63,691 nt of DNA, taken from assembly GCA_038816475.1 (NCBI GenBank), contig JAWBAI010000009.1, forward strand, positions 1-63,691. The letters are read 5' to 3'. Numbering within the stretch: position 1 is the first letter of the stretch; every line of letters begins with the position of its first letter. Both the position numbers and the translations under genes were made by a program. Source of the DNA: Desulfurococcaceae archaeon (GTDB lineage Archaea; Thermoproteota; Thermoprotei_A; Sulfolobales; Desulfurococcaceae). Positions 29,218 through 39,597 of the stretch are shown in pieces. The notes under the pieces were generated by a model. It worked only from the letters and a program-made list of their open reading frames with translations. It was not told the origin of the DNA and ran no database searches.

Positions 29218-30807
29218 ATGCCCCATTCATTTTATGGGAATTCTGTGGGAGTCGAAGTTAAGTATAGAAGAGCATCTGGACTTGTTAGAACAATAGGAGC
29301 ATTTGATGCGTTAAACCTTAATGTAGCAATGTGTAGTCCTCCGCAAGGTGTTCTGTGGGCTTGGACATGGGGCGCTGCAATGTTCCCAGCTGCTTTAATA
29401 AGCCTCTCATATCTTCTCGGGATCTTCGCAGTGCTCCCAATAACAATACTGTATGTGTTCTGGACGGTTGCTATGCCAAGATCCGGTGGAGACTATGTAT
29501 GGCTGAGTAGAGCATATCATCCAATCTTAGGATTCATGGTGAACTTTTTCTTAACCTTTGTAATGCTAAACTGGTATGCAATGAATCTTCAAACTACAGG
29601 CCCGTTTTTCCTGGCCACGTTCTTTGAAGCTTTTGGTATGAGAGAGATAGCAATGTTTGTTGCCAGCGTTGAGGGATCAATGCTAGTGGGAACACTATTT
29701 CTAATAGTATACGCTATACTCCTCGTAAGAGGTACACGGGTGTTCAACATCTTTCTAAGAGTATTCTTTATATTATCGCTAATCGGATCCTTTGTATTCA
29801 TATTAGCTACATTATTAACACCGCAATCGGTAATAGTGAGTAATTTCGCTAAGTATGCTGGGATCTCACCAGATGAGCTTGTAAAAAGAGCTGTTGCACT
29901 AGGGTTTACTGGAACAACTGTTCTACTATACCCAACATTATTAGCACTCATCTTTCCGTTCCAGAACTACAGCTGGGGCTCTTTCCCAGCTTACGTTGCT
30001 GGTGAAATGAAGGAAGTTAGAAGAACTGCTTGGATAGGAATGGTGGGAGGAGTTATTGCAATGGGCATATGGTATGTTGTACTCGGACACATGGTTTATG
30101 TACCTATAGGATACGCGGCACACTCAGCTCTGTCGTGGCTTTATCAATGGCACCCGGAGCAGTATCCACTACCGTTTCCACCATACCCGCAGAACTACGC
30201 GTTTTTCCTCACTGATAACATAGTAATAATATTCATAATAGCATTTGGATGGCTAGCTAGTGGAATCTACTTAACACCACCGAATTTAATGATAGTTTCA
30301 AGAAATGTATTCGCGTGGGCTGTTGACGGACTGATGCCTCAGGTGTTAAGAAAAGTCAAGTACGGTTCACCCATAGGATCAATAATAACTCTATCTATCA
30401 TCACATTACCCTTAATGTACATTGTTAGCCAAGCAACTTATCAGGTCATGATAGTTAATACGTTCTTCTTCATGCAGCTAGCATTAATCATAGTAGCATT
30501 GTCGTCAGCGTTTCTCCCATACGTTAAAAAATCCGTCTTTGAAGTTTTACCATCCTACGCTAAGATTAAGATTGGTTCGGTTTACGTAGTAACAATTATT
30601 GGTTTGCTAGCAGCAGTACTACACGGATGGGTTGCCTATGCTGCTATAACAGCTCCTGCACTTGGTGGACTACACTGGTTATCATTTCTCTTCAATTTAG
30701 CAGTCTTCTTGTTCCCAATACCATGGTATTTAGCAGTAAGGTACTACAGGTTAAAGAAGGAGGGTATAGACATAGCACTTCTCTTCAGAGAAGTACCGGT
30801 AGAGTAG
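29218..30807 (+). CDS. APC-family amino acid/polyamine permease
   Basis: AMPRSGGDYVWLSR, AGEMK, SRNVFAWAVDGLMP; about 12 hydrophobic segments. Confidence 0.9.
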   Translation: MPHSFYGNSVGVEVKYRRASGLVRTIGAFDALNLNVAMCSPPQGVLWAWTWGAAMFPAALISLSYLLGIFAVLPITILYVFWTVAMPRSGGDYVWLSRAYHPILGFMVNFFLTFVMLNWYAMNLQTTGPFFLATFFEAFGMREIAMFVASVEGSMLVGTLFLIVYAILLVRGTRVFNIFLRVFFILSLIGSFVFILATLLTPQSVIVSNFAKYAGISPDELVKRAVALGFTGTTVLLYPTLLALIFPFQNYSWGSFPAYVAGEMKEVRRTAWIGMVGGVIAMGIWYVVLGHMVYVPIGYAAHSALSWLYQWHPEQYPLPFPPYPQNYAFFLTDNIVIIFIIAFGWLASGIYLTPPNLMIVSRNVFAWAVDGLMPQVLRKVKYGSPIGSIITLSIITLPLMYIVSQATYQVMIVNTFFFMQLALIIVALSSAFLPYVKKSVFEVLPSYAKIKIGSVYVVTIIGLLAAVLHGWVAYAAITAPALGGLHWLSFLFNLAVFLFPIPWYLAVRYYRLKKEGIDIALLFREVPVE

Positions 30808-30808
30808 C

Positions 30809-31759
30809 ATGGTGCAGATAAGACTGATATACGCTACAGACCTGCACGGATCCGACTTGATGTTTAAGAAGCTAGTGTCAGCGGCTCTTCTCTATAAAGC
30901 TAATGTTGTAGTTGTTGGCGGAGATATCACTGGCAAAGGAATAGTTCCTATAGTTCAGAAAAGAACCGGTGAGTATGAAGCGAGTGTGTACGGGACACGG
31001 TATACAGCCAAATCAAGGGAAGAACTGGATAAAATTCTCAAATTAATATCGAATTACGGCTTCTACCCTTATATTACTAGCGAACATGAGCTAGAAGCGT
31101 TTAGTGATCAACAGGCTTTTGAAAAACTATACTATCAGCTATCTACTAAAAGACTTAGAGAGTGGATAGAGTACGCCAGGGATAAGCTCAAAGAGGCAAA
31201 TGTGGAGTTCTATATGATGCCAGGCAACGATGATCCCTACGAGGTAGATGAGGTACTAAAAGACGACTTCGTAGTAAATCATGCTCGTAAGGCATTGGAA
31301 ATAGCGGATGGAAGATACGTTTTGATAGGATACGATAGGACAAATGTAACTCCATGGAAATGCCCTCGAGACGTAGATGAAGAGCTTATTGAAAAAGAGC
31401 TCGAAGAAATATGTTCTAGAGTAAGAATGGGACGACCTGTAATACTTAACACTCATTGCCCACCTTACGGAACACTACTGGACTTAGCACCTAAGCTTGA
31501 TAAAGACTTAAAACCGGTTATTTCGGGTGGTTCGGTAATAATGGAGCATGTTGGTTGCGTATCGGTGAGGCGGATTATAGAGAAGTATCAGCCTCTTCTC
31601 GGTCTTCATGGGCATATACACGAGTCAAGAGCCGTTGACAATCTGAGAAAGACAATAATTGTTAACCCGGGTAGCGCATACAATGAGGGAGTTTTATTTA
31701 TGGCTCTGGTAGTACTAGAGAATGGTAAGGTAAAGAGTACTTTGTTATTGAAAGGTTAA
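30809..31759 (+). CDS. Calcineurin-like (Icc-type) metallophosphoesterase
   Basis: DLHG, GGDITG, PGNDD, HCPP, HGHIHE motifs. Confidence 0.9.
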   Translation: MVQIRLIYATDLHGSDLMFKKLVSAALLYKANVVVVGGDITGKGIVPIVQKRTGEYEASVYGTRYTAKSREELDKILKLISNYGFYPYITSEHELEAFSDQQAFEKLYYQLSTKRLREWIEYARDKLKEANVEFYMMPGNDDPYEVDEVLKDDFVVNHARKALEIADGRYVLIGYDRTNVTPWKCPRDVDEELIEKELEEICSRVRMGRPVILNTHCPPYGTLLDLAPKLDKDLKPVISGGSVIMEHVGCVSVRRIIEKYQPLLGLHGHIHESRAVDNLRKTIIVNPGSAYNEGVLFMALVVLENGKVKSTLLLKG

Positions 31760-32571
31760 ACCTCCTCTACCACGTTGTACCACCTTTTTTTAGTACCTAT
31801 CCTTGCTCTTTTTAACCATCTAGTTGATTTTGGAGCCTCGTTTAAGACCTTTATTAGTTGATTAATTTTTCCGAGAACAGAGTTAGCTAACTCTACCATG
31901 CTACTAGGTTGATCTTTCATCACAGACTCAACGAAGTTAGAGAGTTTGTTAAGGTTCATTAATGCATCGTACCAGAAACCCCAGTCATCAGACAAGATGC
32001 TAACCACACGCTCTATGTTAATAACACTGGGTTTTTCTTCATGGGAGAGATCAAAACAGGCAAGCAGAGCAGTCGCATCTCCAAGGTCTTTTCTATTAAT
32101 ATCGTGTATTTGCAGCTTCAGTAAAAGAAGGTCCGCTAGTGATAGTGTATACGGGTGTAGCTCTAATCTTCCCTCCAGGTCTACCGTGTGACTAAACTCG
32201 AGAGGAGTAAAGAACACATCTAGGGTATAGTGCGAATGAGCATGGTAGAATGTAAGTCGTTTGTCGCTGAAGAACGCGTTTATATACTCATCGGGCTTAA
32301 AGCCCATCTCCAGGAAGAATTTTTCGAGGTTATTTTTGTTCTTCTTATATGATACAAGGTCTACATCTGTAAGTGTGATCTCACCTGCTTGAAGTCTTCC
32401 TATAGAGTTGTAAAATTTCATACATAACTCGCTACCTGAGTTCCTTAAGTGGTAATAGATTGCAACCGCACCCATGACTCTTATCACTAGATTTCTTTCA
32501 CGCGCTTTATCAATAAGGCTCTTTATCTCTTCAAGAAGCTGATCACCGGTTATTTTAACGGCCTTATGCAT
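31756..32571 (-). CDS. Nucleotidyltransferase-fold protein (AbiEii/DUF2204-like motif set)
   Basis: MGAVA, TLTDVDL (DxD), LDVF, LLLKLQ...RKDLGD. Confidence 0.65.
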   Translation of the reverse strand: MHKAVKITGDQLLEEIKSLIDKARERNLVIRVMGAVAIYYHLRNSGSELCMKFYNSIGRLQAGEITLTDVDLVSYKKNKNNLEKFFLEMGFKPDEYINAFFSDKRLTFYHAHSHYTLDVFFTPLEFSHTVDLEGRLELHPYTLSLADLLLLKLQIHDINRKDLGDATALLACFDLSHEEKPSVINIERVVSILSDDWGFWYDALMNLNKLSNFVESVMKDQPSSMVELANSVLGKINQLIKVLNEAPKSTRWLKRARIGTKKRWYNVVEEV

Positions 32572-32704
32572 AGAAACGCCCTCAATCGTAATTCTTCATC
32601 CATCTCTTTTATATACCTTGGGATTCAGAATAGTATGGCGTTTGTAGGGGTTTATTTAAAGAAGCAAGTTTCAATACAACAAATTAGCCAGGGATTGAAC
32701 AATC

Positions 32705-33466
32705 ATGGAATGCTTTGATCGCTCGAACCTCAAGAAAATGGACGGTGTTCTCAGAGAACTATATGAGCTAAAGCTACTATGCTTACTCGGGATTATTACA
32801 AGAAAAACTTCTCTTAGAAAGCTATCTACTCAGCTTGGAGTTGATACATCTATTTTAAGTAAGTATATGAACAGACAAATTAAGCCAAGATACCCCCGCC
32901 TGCAGAGTATTCTAAGCAAACTTGGCGAGATCGAAATAGAGGATGCCATTAGGGAATGCTATGATAAGGGAGTATACGGATTTCCCGAGGTGAATAATAT
33001 CAGCTGGATGTGCCCACACGTTTACCAATGCATCATCTACAAACTCGCAGAGTTCATACTTAACAAAGATTTTACAGCGTTCTTAACAGTTGAAGGAGGT
33101 GGGTTGTACATAGCAGCAGGCCTAAATCGGGTTTTTCCACGCAAAAAAATACTCTATGCTCTCAGAGATGTTTTAGTGCAGGGAGGATTCAGTCTTAGGT
33201 ATAAGTATGTACCAGCATACGCAGCTGGCCCTAGAATAAAAAGGTACCTTACGTTGCCGATCAGTAGAAATGTTCTAGCTGGAGAGAAGATCGTTATAGT
33301 TGATGATTTTATGTGGACAGGGGAAACAGTAAAAGCACTCTCAAAATATGCAAGAAGCAAGGGTGCTTCAATAGTCTCCATAATTCTAATAGGTGCACGT
33401 TCCGAAGCTGTTGAAAATGTTACAAAGCACATTGGAATAAAGCCTTACTTCCTCGTCGAATTTTAA
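32705..33466 (+). CDS. HTH plus phosphoribosyltransferase-domain protein, probable transcription regulator
   Basis: SLRKLSTQLGVDTSILSKYM HTH; PRPP-binding motif VIVDDFMWTGET. Confidence 0.8.
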   Translation: MECFDRSNLKKMDGVLRELYELKLLCLLGIITRKTSLRKLSTQLGVDTSILSKYMNRQIKPRYPRLQSILSKLGEIEIEDAIRECYDKGVYGFPEVNNISWMCPHVYQCIIYKLAEFILNKDFTAFLTVEGGGLYIAAGLNRVFPRKKILYALRDVLVQGGFSLRYKYVPAYAAGPRIKRYLTLPISRNVLAGEKIVIVDDFMWTGETVKALSKYARSKGASIVSIILIGARSEAVENVTKHIGIKPYFLVEF

Positions 33467-33511
33467 GAAGATTAAGTCCAAAAGGATTGTTGACATCTAG
33501 GTCTCAACATT

Positions 33512-35044
33512 TTGCAGATTCAATCAAGCTACGACATAAATCATCTAGTAAGTAAAAATTTATCGGTGAACGAATCTGTGAGTGCAAAGGCGGCTCAGTT
33601 CGTAGCTAGTAAGTTTGCTTTCGTTCCCAACCCTAGCGAGATTATAAGAAACGCCGAGTCTTTCGGTTTTGGACCTAGGTCAGTAGAGTTGATCAAGAGA
33701 GCTCTTGAGGTTGAATCCTTAGGTGCGATGCCGTTCGGTATGTATTTAGCCCCGCCGATCATAGAAAAAGCCTATGAGGAAGACGCTATTGTAGAAGATG
33801 CTGATGGCAAGAAGTATATTGATATGATGGCTGGATTCGCTGTCAGCAATATTGGACACCATAGAAGAGCTGTACTAGAAGCCATCATAGAACAGTTTAA
33901 CAAAATTGTGCAATACTCCGAGATGCTCTCGGAGATCAGGATCAAGCTAGGTGAGAAGCTCGTAAGCATAACTCCCGGCTCTTTTAAAAAGAAGGTTTTC
34001 TACGGATTAACGGGAACTGATGCAAACGAAATAGCAATAAAGCTTGCCAGATACTACACTGGGAGACCGATCATTATAACTCAATGGGGAGACTACCACG
34101 GTAGAAGCATTGGAACAGTACCATTCACAACGAGCTTCTCAACATGGAGTCAGAATTACCCATTGATGGGAGCTGATATAAATGTTGTTAGAATACCGTT
34201 TCCTTATAGGTACAGGTGTCCATGTGATCCAAAAGCGGATGAGGATGCGTGCGGAGAAGCCTGTCTTAACCTGGTAGACTACATGTTAAGGCATTCATAC
34301 TATGGGCTATGTGAGCCTGATAAGCGACTTTGCAATGTTGCCGGATTCTTAATAGAGCCCTTCCAGAGTGCAGCAGGATATATAATACCACCAGATATTT
34401 GGATCCCAGGTTTATACAAGCTTGCTCGAGAACATGATATTCTATTCATGGTCGACGAGATTCAAACAGGTTGGTGTCGTACTGGCAAGACTTGGGCTAT
34501 AGAGTACTATCACGGAGTAGAACCGGACCTCTTTTTAGTTGCAAAGTCCATTGCTAACGGATTACCATTCTCTGCGGTGATCGGGCGAGCTGAAATACTC
34601 GATAGCTGGGGTCCTGGAGCGCACTCATCCACATTCGCTGGGTATATGCTTGGATGTGCTGCTGCTTTGAAAACTATTGAGATTATGGAGAAAGAAAACA
34701 TGGCGTACCAAGCTCTTGTTAAGGGGTCCAAGTTGTTAAAGGGTCTTCAAGACTTAATGGAACATCATCCAATAGTGGGGTTTGTGGAGGGAAAAGGATT
34801 ATATATAGGAGTAGAGTTCGTCGTTGATCGTAGGACGAAGAAGCCGGCGGTTAAAGAAACCGCGTGGATGACGAACAGACTACTACAGTTAGGTATGCTC
34901 GTTAAGAGAGCTGGGTATTTACATAATCGGTTTGCACTCTCACCCCCATTAACAATTACAAATGAAACCATTGACAAAGCTCTCGAGCTCTTTGACAAAG
35001 TATTCGGAGAAGCTGAGGAAAGATTCTCTATACAAAAAACCTGA
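33512..35044 (+). CDS. Class-III PLP-dependent aminotransferase-fold enzyme
   Basis: DADGKKYID, GTDANE, YHGR, DEIQTG, AKSIANG (PLP Lys), STFAG; start uncertain. Confidence 0.92.
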   Translation: MQIQSSYDINHLVSKNLSVNESVSAKAAQFVASKFAFVPNPSEIIRNAESFGFGPRSVELIKRALEVESLGAMPFGMYLAPPIIEKAYEEDAIVEDADGKKYIDMMAGFAVSNIGHHRRAVLEAIIEQFNKIVQYSEMLSEIRIKLGEKLVSITPGSFKKKVFYGLTGTDANEIAIKLARYYTGRPIIITQWGDYHGRSIGTVPFTTSFSTWSQNYPLMGADINVVRIPFPYRYRCPCDPKADEDACGEACLNLVDYMLRHSYYGLCEPDKRLCNVAGFLIEPFQSAAGYIIPPDIWIPGLYKLAREHDILFMVDEIQTGWCRTGKTWAIEYYHGVEPDLFLVAKSIANGLPFSAVIGRAEILDSWGPGAHSSTFAGYMLGCAAALKTIEIMEKENMAYQALVKGSKLLKGLQDLMEHHPIVGFVEGKGLYIGVEFVVDRRTKKPAVKETAWMTNRLLQLGMLVKRAGYLHNRFALSPPLTITNETIDKALELFDKVFGEAEERFSIQKT

Positions 35045-35047
35045 AGC

Positions 35048-35962
35048 TTATATCATTTTTCCAATGATCTCCTCTAAGTGTTTTTGAATGGTCTGAGCAA
35101 CAGATACTTTGCTTATCGGACTCATGATCGTATCCGTTGCGTACAAATCTCTTAAACCTAATGAGAGCAATTTATCGAGAGCATTACCAACTAGTATAGC
35201 GTGAACTACGCCGACGAACACCTCACTCGCCCCTTGTTCTCTAAGCGCTTTCACAGCTTCCACGATCGTCCCACCAGTGCTTATAATGTCATCAACCAGC
35301 AAAACGTTTTTCCCCTTTACGTTAACACCTCTCGCTTCGACAATAACCTTGTTAGCTGAGATCCTCGTCTTATACATAACACCATATTCTACTCCGCCGA
35401 GTTCCTCGGCAGCTATACGTGCCCACTGCTCAGCTTCCTCGTCAGGACCAACAACAACAGTGTTTCTCACGGATTCTCGGTAATTGGTGTAGTAATATTT
35501 TGCTAAGTCCCTTACACCAGTTATGTTAACGAATCTCGCTCCAAAGAGAGCCGAAGGATCACTTATTCTGTGCAAATGCATGTCCACAGTTACCATGTGA
35601 TCTACATTGATAGCTCTGAAGAGTTTAGCTATTGTTTGAATACTAATAGCTTCTCCTGGTTTAAACCTATAGTCCTGCCTAGCATAGCTTATGTAAGGGA
35701 TAACGGCAATAAGTTTAACTGCTCCAAGATCCCTCAACGCATCAATAGTAAGAAAAGTCTCTATGAGCGATTCGTTAGGACTCTTCTGCAAGCTATTAAC
35801 ATACACAACAATTTTACCCGATACATCAATAGGAATTCTAACGTAAAGTTCTCCATCTGGAAACCTGTCTATTATGACTTTGGAATAGTGATACCCTCCT
35901 ATACTAGCGATTTTTTCAGCAAGATGTGCCCCGTTAGACCCTCCCACAACCACGATGTTCAT
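35048..35962 (-). CDS. prs: Ribose-phosphate pyrophosphokinase
   Basis: FPDGE, PYISYARQD, VDDIISTGGT; likely start MNIVVV at 35962. Confidence 0.95.
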   Translation of the reverse strand: MNIVVVGGSNGAHLAEKIASIGGYHYSKVIIDRFPDGELYVRIPIDVSGKIVVYVNSLQKSPNESLIETFLTIDALRDLGAVKLIAVIPYISYARQDYRFKPGEAISIQTIAKLFRAINVDHMVTVDMHLHRISDPSALFGARFVNITGVRDLAKYYYTNYRESVRNTVVVGPDEEAEQWARIAAEELGGVEYGVMYKTRISANKVIVEARGVNVKGKNVLLVDDIISTGGTIVEAVKALREQGASEVFVGVVHAILVGNALDKLLSLGLRDLYATDTIMSPISKVSVAQTIQKHLEEIIGKMI

Positions 35963-36303
35963 CGCAACTCTCCTATCAGAAATAACAGGTGAGAGTAAAT
36001 ATAAGACAACAAGCAGGAATCTCGGAGAGTGTTGAAAATTAAGAATCCATGTATACGTGTAAGTTCTTGATACCATGCTAGGTCTTGAACACATAGCTTA
36101 GGTGGGTCAATTCGATTACGCTGACAGAGATTAAGGCTCTCCGCATCGACAGATCTCGCAGTAGGATAAAGGTTCATGCTAAAGAGCTCTAGAATGACAT
36201 CTGTGAGAGAAATAACAGTTAAGGAGTTTACTTAGTTGAGTAGTAAGATATCCGAGCTTCATGGGTGAAATATTAAATTTACTGGTTAACTGTTACTATA
36301 AGA

Positions 36304-37155
36304 TTACATTGCACTCAGCGACTTTACCGGCTTAGTACACTTCCTGGCTTCGCAGATTACTTCAGACCATATGCTAATAGCTATCTCCTCCGGGGTGTCA
36401 GAGCCTATGTCTAATCCTGCTGGCATGTGCAACCTGTCTTTTAACTGCTCGATATCGAAGCCCTCGGACTTGAGTCTGCCGAGCATCCACTCTGCTCTTC
36501 TCCTACTGCACAGTACCCATATGGGTCCCTTGAACCCTTTTTTAAGAGTGTTTCTCACAGCTCTGTAGTCTACCTCGGGGTCTCCGTAGACAACTACGAG
36601 TACATCACTGTCGGTTAACTCCAGTTTTTCAAGCTCTTCGACAACGTTGCCAACAAGCACTTGCTCAGCGTAGGGGTATCTATCCCTGCTAGCTAGTCTC
36701 GGATCGGAGTCTAGGACCACGACTCTATAGCCAAGAATGTTGCCGATGTCTGCAACCGGTTTACCCACGTGGCCAGCACCCACAATGATCACTCTGGGCT
36801 TCGGGTTGATCACGTTGATGAAGACTTCAATTACACCACCGCATAGAGCTCTAACTCTGACAGCGTCCTCAGGGGGTTTTTCAGCACCAAGCGATACCCT
36901 GATCCTTTTAACTCTACCTGTTCTCAGGGAGTCAAGAGCCTCCTCAACTATCCTCTTCTCGAGGTCACCACCACCAATGCTCCCTATCTTCTCTCCCGTG
37001 GAGGATACAGCCATCATAGCACCAGGATCTCTGGGTCCACTACCCTCCTTACCTATGACCGTGATCAGGGCTACACTGCGCCCCTTCGAGAGCTCTCTAA
37101 GACACCAATCGAGGATTTCCGCGGAGTCCACGGTTATCAGCCCTGTTCTCCACAT
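36304..37155 (-). CDS. XdhC/CoxI family molybdoenzyme maturation factor
   Basis: GSGPRDPGA, GSIGGG, CGG, GAGHV, PAGLDIGSDTPEEIAISI. Confidence 0.92.
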   Translation of the reverse strand: MWRTGLITVDSAEILDWCLRELSKGRSVALITVIGKEGSGPRDPGAMMAVSSTGEKIGSIGGGDLEKRIVEEALDSLRTGRVKRIRVSLGAEKPPEDAVRVRALCGGVIEVFINVINPKPRVIIVGAGHVGKPVADIGNILGYRVVVLDSDPRLASRDRYPYAEQVLVGNVVEELEKLELTDSDVLVVVYGDPEVDYRAVRNTLKKGFKGPIWVLCSRRRAEWMLGRLKSEGFDIEQLKDRLHMPAGLDIGSDTPEEIAISIWSEVICEARKCTKPVKSLSAM

Positions 37156-37253
37156 TTATACACTGTTGATTACCTGGATATTAAACTTGAACCTTACAAA
37201 TAGAAGGCAACTATATTAGTTACCAACCATTTAGAAAGGTTTGAGATCGGTGC

Positions 37254-37787
37254 TTGATCTTGAGCTTCAACATGGTTTTAACACACGAGCAAGGCTTGGA
37301 CAACTACAGGTTTGTGATGAGCAGGCTAAGGAGAACCGGTTTAGACTTCGTAGTGGTAGACAAGGGTCCATCAGTAATACTTCTCAGAGTAGTCGACCCG
37401 TACAAAGCTGTGGAAGAGATAAGACCCTGGGTTCACGAAATACCTGTACTCTACAGGGTTATACCCGTGGACGCTGTTGTAGACCCATACGTTGAAGCTG
37501 TAGCGGAGAAGGCGCGGGAGTTATCAGAGCAGAAGATACCAGTGGATAAGACCTTCAGGGTAACACTACACGGTAGACTGTACTGGGCTGAAACAAGACT
37601 ACCTGCTCACACCATGGACGCGATCAGGGTCATCGCCAACGGAATCAACAGGCAAGTATCCTTAACACACCCGGACTACCTGGTCTACGTTAGAAGTATA
37701 AAGCTCTACCACAGGAAGAGGTACGCAACCATCACTGTAGCACAACCCAGCATGATAATAGCGCTGAAAGCTAGTAAACCCTGGTAA
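37254..37787 (+). CDS. THUMP-domain RNA-binding protein
   Basis: RVIPVD, TFRVTLHGR, VSLTHPD pattern. Confidence 0.8.
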   Translation: MILSFNMVLTHEQGLDNYRFVMSRLRRTGLDFVVVDKGPSVILLRVVDPYKAVEEIRPWVHEIPVLYRVIPVDAVVDPYVEAVAEKARELSEQKIPVDKTFRVTLHGRLYWAETRLPAHTMDAIRVIANGINRQVSLTHPDYLVYVRSIKLYHRKRYATITVAQPSMIIALKASKPW

Positions 37788-37788
37788 A

Positions 37789-38379
37789 CTACCTTGGTTT
37801 ACCCACGGGGAAAACATAGAGAGCTATGTAGTTCTCTCCGAGACCAATCAGCTTAAGTAGCTCATCGTCCTCGAAGGCACCAATGGCAACCGTTCCAAGC
37901 CCCATCTCGGTTGCAGCGAGGTATATGTTCTGTCCAACGTGACCAGCCTCCATGTAGATGTACCTGAACCCGCGCTCACCGTACCACCTGGTGGTTCTCT
38001 CGTAGTACGCCACCAGAACAATGTTAACTGGTGCTTCACGAACCCACCTCTGATCAAGGCAAGCCCTGGAGAGCTCTCTGGAGAAATCACCCTTCTTAAC
38101 CAGCACGAGCTTGTGCCCGCGATCATCGTACCTGTAGATTCCTGGTTCCAGGCCTTCAACTCTTCTCGCGAAAACGTACACCTCGATCGGGAACGTTGCT
38201 CCCGCTGACGGTGCAACATGCCTCTTCGAATCTACGAGTCCGTAGGTGGCCCAGAGAAGCTTCGAGAGCTCGTTCAACGTTAAAGCTTCATCAGCATACT
38301 TTCTAACGCTTTTTCTCTTCAGTAGTAGTTCCATCAAGGGGCTACTCGTATCCGGTTTAGGCAGTACTACCTCCTCCAT
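37789..38379 (-). CDS. SagB/ThcOx-type nitroreductase family protein
   Basis: RKSVRKY, APSAGA, EAGHVGQN, GTVAIGAF. Confidence 0.9.
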   Translation of the reverse strand: MEEVVLPKPDTSSPLMELLLKRKSVRKYADEALTLNELSKLLWATYGLVDSKRHVAPSAGATFPIEVYVFARRVEGLEPGIYRYDDRGHKLVLVKKGDFSRELSRACLDQRWVREAPVNIVLVAYYERTTRWYGERGFRYIYMEAGHVGQNIYLAATEMGLGTVAIGAFEDDELLKLIGLGENYIALYVFPVGKPR

Positions 38380-38496
38380 ACCAAGGTTCACCGTTATACA
38401 CTCAGGCGTTTTAAGGTAAATATAGTGCAAAGAGTAACGAGCGTTCAACACTATATAAACCTCGTGACCTGATCTACTCGAAACGGTGGAGAGTCT

Positions 38497-39159
38497 TTGA
38501 AGCTGCTTTCAGATGTACTGCCGGATTCACTCATGACCAACCTGGAGAAGTACGTTTCTACGGTGGAGGATGCTAGCAGGGAGTTCACGAAGGCTATTAG
38601 CCTACTGAACAACGTTAGGATCGGTGAAGCAAGGGTTTCGTTCACAAGAACAATAAAGCTTCTAGACGAGTCAGGTGCTCTGAAGAGCAGTATTGAAGAA
38701 GAGATCGCAAACCTAAGCCTTGACCCTGGCTTAAAGGAGGAGCTTCTAAACCTTATAGACATGTTCGACGATATCAGTGACTCATTGAAGGAGTCTGCTA
38801 GAGAGTTCACGATCATACCATTCCTAGAGCTACCGGAGCGACTACGCAACGGTATACTACGACTCTCGGAGAAAGTAGTAAAGTCCATGAACCTACTCGC
38901 GAACACACTAAAGTTCTTCATAGAAGGGCGCTACAAGGAAGTAGAGAAAGTGTTCTCAGAGATACTCAAAGTAGAAGAAGAAGCAGATGCTCTAGAGCTG
39001 GAGAACAGGAGTCTCATACTAGAGCTCAGCGAGAAGATAAAGCCCTATGCGCTACAGCTACTAGCTTATCACTTAATTAATCAGCTTGAATCAACAACGG
39101 ACCTCTGCGCTAGAGTTGCTGAAAGAGTAAGACTTATCTCAATGGCTTGGCTCACTTAG
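38497..39159 (+). CDS. DUF47 (PhoU-like) phosphate transport regulator
   Basis: Helical repeat with EEEAD and D..D motifs. Confidence 0.8.
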   Translation: MKLLSDVLPDSLMTNLEKYVSTVEDASREFTKAISLLNNVRIGEARVSFTRTIKLLDESGALKSSIEEEIANLSLDPGLKEELLNLIDMFDDISDSLKESAREFTIIPFLELPERLRNGILRLSEKVVKSMNLLANTLKFFIEGRYKEVEKVFSEILKVEEEADALELENRSLILELSEKIKPYALQLLAYHLINQLESTTDLCARVAERVRLISMAWLT

Positions 39160-39238
39160 AGCCTTCCTTGAGTGAATTCCCTGAAGTAAAACAAATAAAT
39201 ACCTTGATAGGATCATAATGAACAACTTGGTGACCTGA

Positions 39239-39457
39239 ATGGCAGAGAAAAAAGTTGAGGAAATAATGAAGAAGTACCTAGGGATCAGTGCACCAAGACT
39301 GGTAATCGCATTGTTAATGATAATCTTCGGTATAGTAATCATAGTATGGCCTGAACTCGTAGCAATACTCATCGGAATTTACCTGTTGATCAGCGGAATA
39401 TTAGCACTAGTTGACGAGCTACTTAAGGGTAAAGCGTTAAAAGCGCTGACCAAGTAA
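39239..39457 (+). CDS. Small membrane protein (DUF3096-like)
   Basis: GIVIIVWPELVAILIGIYLLISGIL; GGTGA RBS upstream. Confidence 0.7.
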   Translation: MAEKKVEEIMKKYLGISAPRLVIALLMIIFGIVIIVWPELVAILIGIYLLISGILALVDELLKGKALKALTK

Positions 39458-39597
39458 AAGCTGAGCAGGACTAATCTAAAGCTCAAGTAAACCAACCATT
39501 TTTAAGCCTCTCATCCACACGAACTATTTTTCGATGAACGCGTTAACACAAAACTGTGTATCGTATAAACAACGGGTATGTGTAGCACCAGTAACTC

